Source: Tubiluchus corallicola (lineage: Eukaryota; Animalia; Priapulida). Taken from it: DNA of 64,000 nucleotides. Position 1 is the first letter of the stretch. Every line of letters begins with the position of its first letter. The stretch is from contig JAQGDQ010000096.1 of NCBI GenBank assembly GCA_030141605.1, positions 1 through 64,000 of the forward strand, given 5' to 3'. Below are positions 62,615-64,000 of this stretch, in pieces. The notes under the pieces were generated by a model. That model did not search any database and had not been told where the DNA came from. It saw only the letters and a program-made list of their open reading frames with translations. Position numbers and translations under genes: made by a program.

Positions 62615-63090
62615 ATGTGTTGAGTGACACAACTTAGATAAAACTATTATTTGGGCCCATAGTTATATCAAACTTGTATTATTAGCTGAGGTTATTACTA
62701 TAAAAACTGGGGGTTTAGTTTTTTTAAATTTTAATAAGTGTTTCTGTTGGGACCTCCTGCACCAAGCAATTACAACTTCATGTGAACAAATACTAACAGT
62801 TTCTAATGAAAATTATATTAGTGCAACAAGAAGTGTGTGAAATTTCCTGACATTAATCATGTGCTTGCAATACGCCCATGTCATATATGTTACTAATTAA
62901 AGTAATCTTACCGTTGCTTGTCATTCATTAAATGTCAGCGTATTTCTATTAATCATACTAACATGGCCTATAATCAGCTTAGTATAATCAGTTTCTATCT
63001 AAGGGTGAATGCCCACTGATTAAGTGATTACTTTGCAATGATTTGCACAGATTTTATGTTTCATGGTGCTGGATACCATTTTATCTTTGA

Positions 63091-63738
63091 ACGAAGACAA
63101 AATGATTTCTCATATACTACCCCATTTTCAAATCTGATAAAAAGTATACACACATGAATACTGGCAAAAGCATTTCTGATAATTAAATTATATATTAAAA
63201 ACTTATTTAAAGGCAGGCAAGTATGTGATGATCACAGTATTAGTTTGTGATGTCAACTATTGATGACATTACAAACTAATATAATTTTTAACAGCAAAGA
63301 TATTCCACAAGTGTGTTGCACTTGTCTGCAAAGGCGAAAATTGAAGTACAGTGCTACTGTAAGGTATTCAGTGTGTTTCACTAAAACTAGACAAGTTTTA
63401 AGATAAAAATTCAAATTTCAAATTTACCTCTGTGCTCACGCTAGAGCTGTCGAACGTGTGTAGTTCATCACAAATTAACACATCTGAACTGAGCGGTACA
63501 GCACCTGTTTTTTTTTTGTAAAATGCGTTGCCGAAATGCACGCACTAGTGCCCGTCTAACTAGTGAATGGCGAAATACGTGTAACAACGAAGAACCAGTG
63601 GCGCAAACGTGAAATTGTGTTTATGTGGTAATAATTCTTTCACGTAAGTCATTTTTGAAACAAATAGTGTGTTTCCTTTCAATATTTTAAAGACTAGATT
63701 GTTTTGACCTGCAGCTTCAGATTGGGTCCAGTTTTGCT
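63091..63738 (+). mobile_element. TTAA-flanked DNA transposon family, copy 3 (most complete)
   Basis: Colinear with copies 1 and 2; ends CCAGTTTTGCT|TTAA. Confidence 0.65.
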
Positions 63739-64000
63739 TTAAACTGCAATTACAAATAGAAAGTATGACACTGAGAAGAGTCTTTAAAATTGGCAATAAA
63801 AATACAAAAAGAGCAAAATACTGTAAAGAGTTTGGACAAGGTAAAATATTTGGCAAACATGAGCCAGGTTATAGGCCTAGCAAGAACGATGATACTGTCA
63901 AAAATCTGCCATGATGAGAATAAATCAAGTTGAAAAGATAACCAATATAGGTTGTACTAAGGAAATAGTTGTTAGCAATACACAATGCTTACATGCAGGA

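Overview
AT-rich, repeat-dense animal (probably invertebrate) genomic DNA. It holds a complete 9-coding-exon UCHL5/UCH37 deubiquitinase gene (+, 9795-31935, 328 aa by manual splicing) and the 5' part of a GPSM1/2 (LGN/Pins/AGS3) TPR gene (+, exons at 54668, 60356 and 61106), which runs off the window. UCHL5 intron 7 carries a young BEL/Pao LTR retrotransposon nested in the gag of an older, internally deleted Gypsy element, each with LTRs, PBS, PPT and 5-bp TSD. Other elements: a head-to-tail Helitron dimer, Helentron-type (HINE) elements, two full-length RTE LINEs (one inside a THAP-bearing DNA transposon remnant), several MITEs, CR1/L2 fragments and minisatellites. The best signal is a near-canonical twister ribozyme whose cleavage site coincides with the 5' end of the young RTE LINE in the GPSM intron. 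A short-stem-III hammerhead-like motif lies in an inverted repeat upstream of UCHL5, and the second RTE has a different, unassigned 5'-UTR fold. All coordinates were read by eye and family names come from remembered motifs, not database searches.
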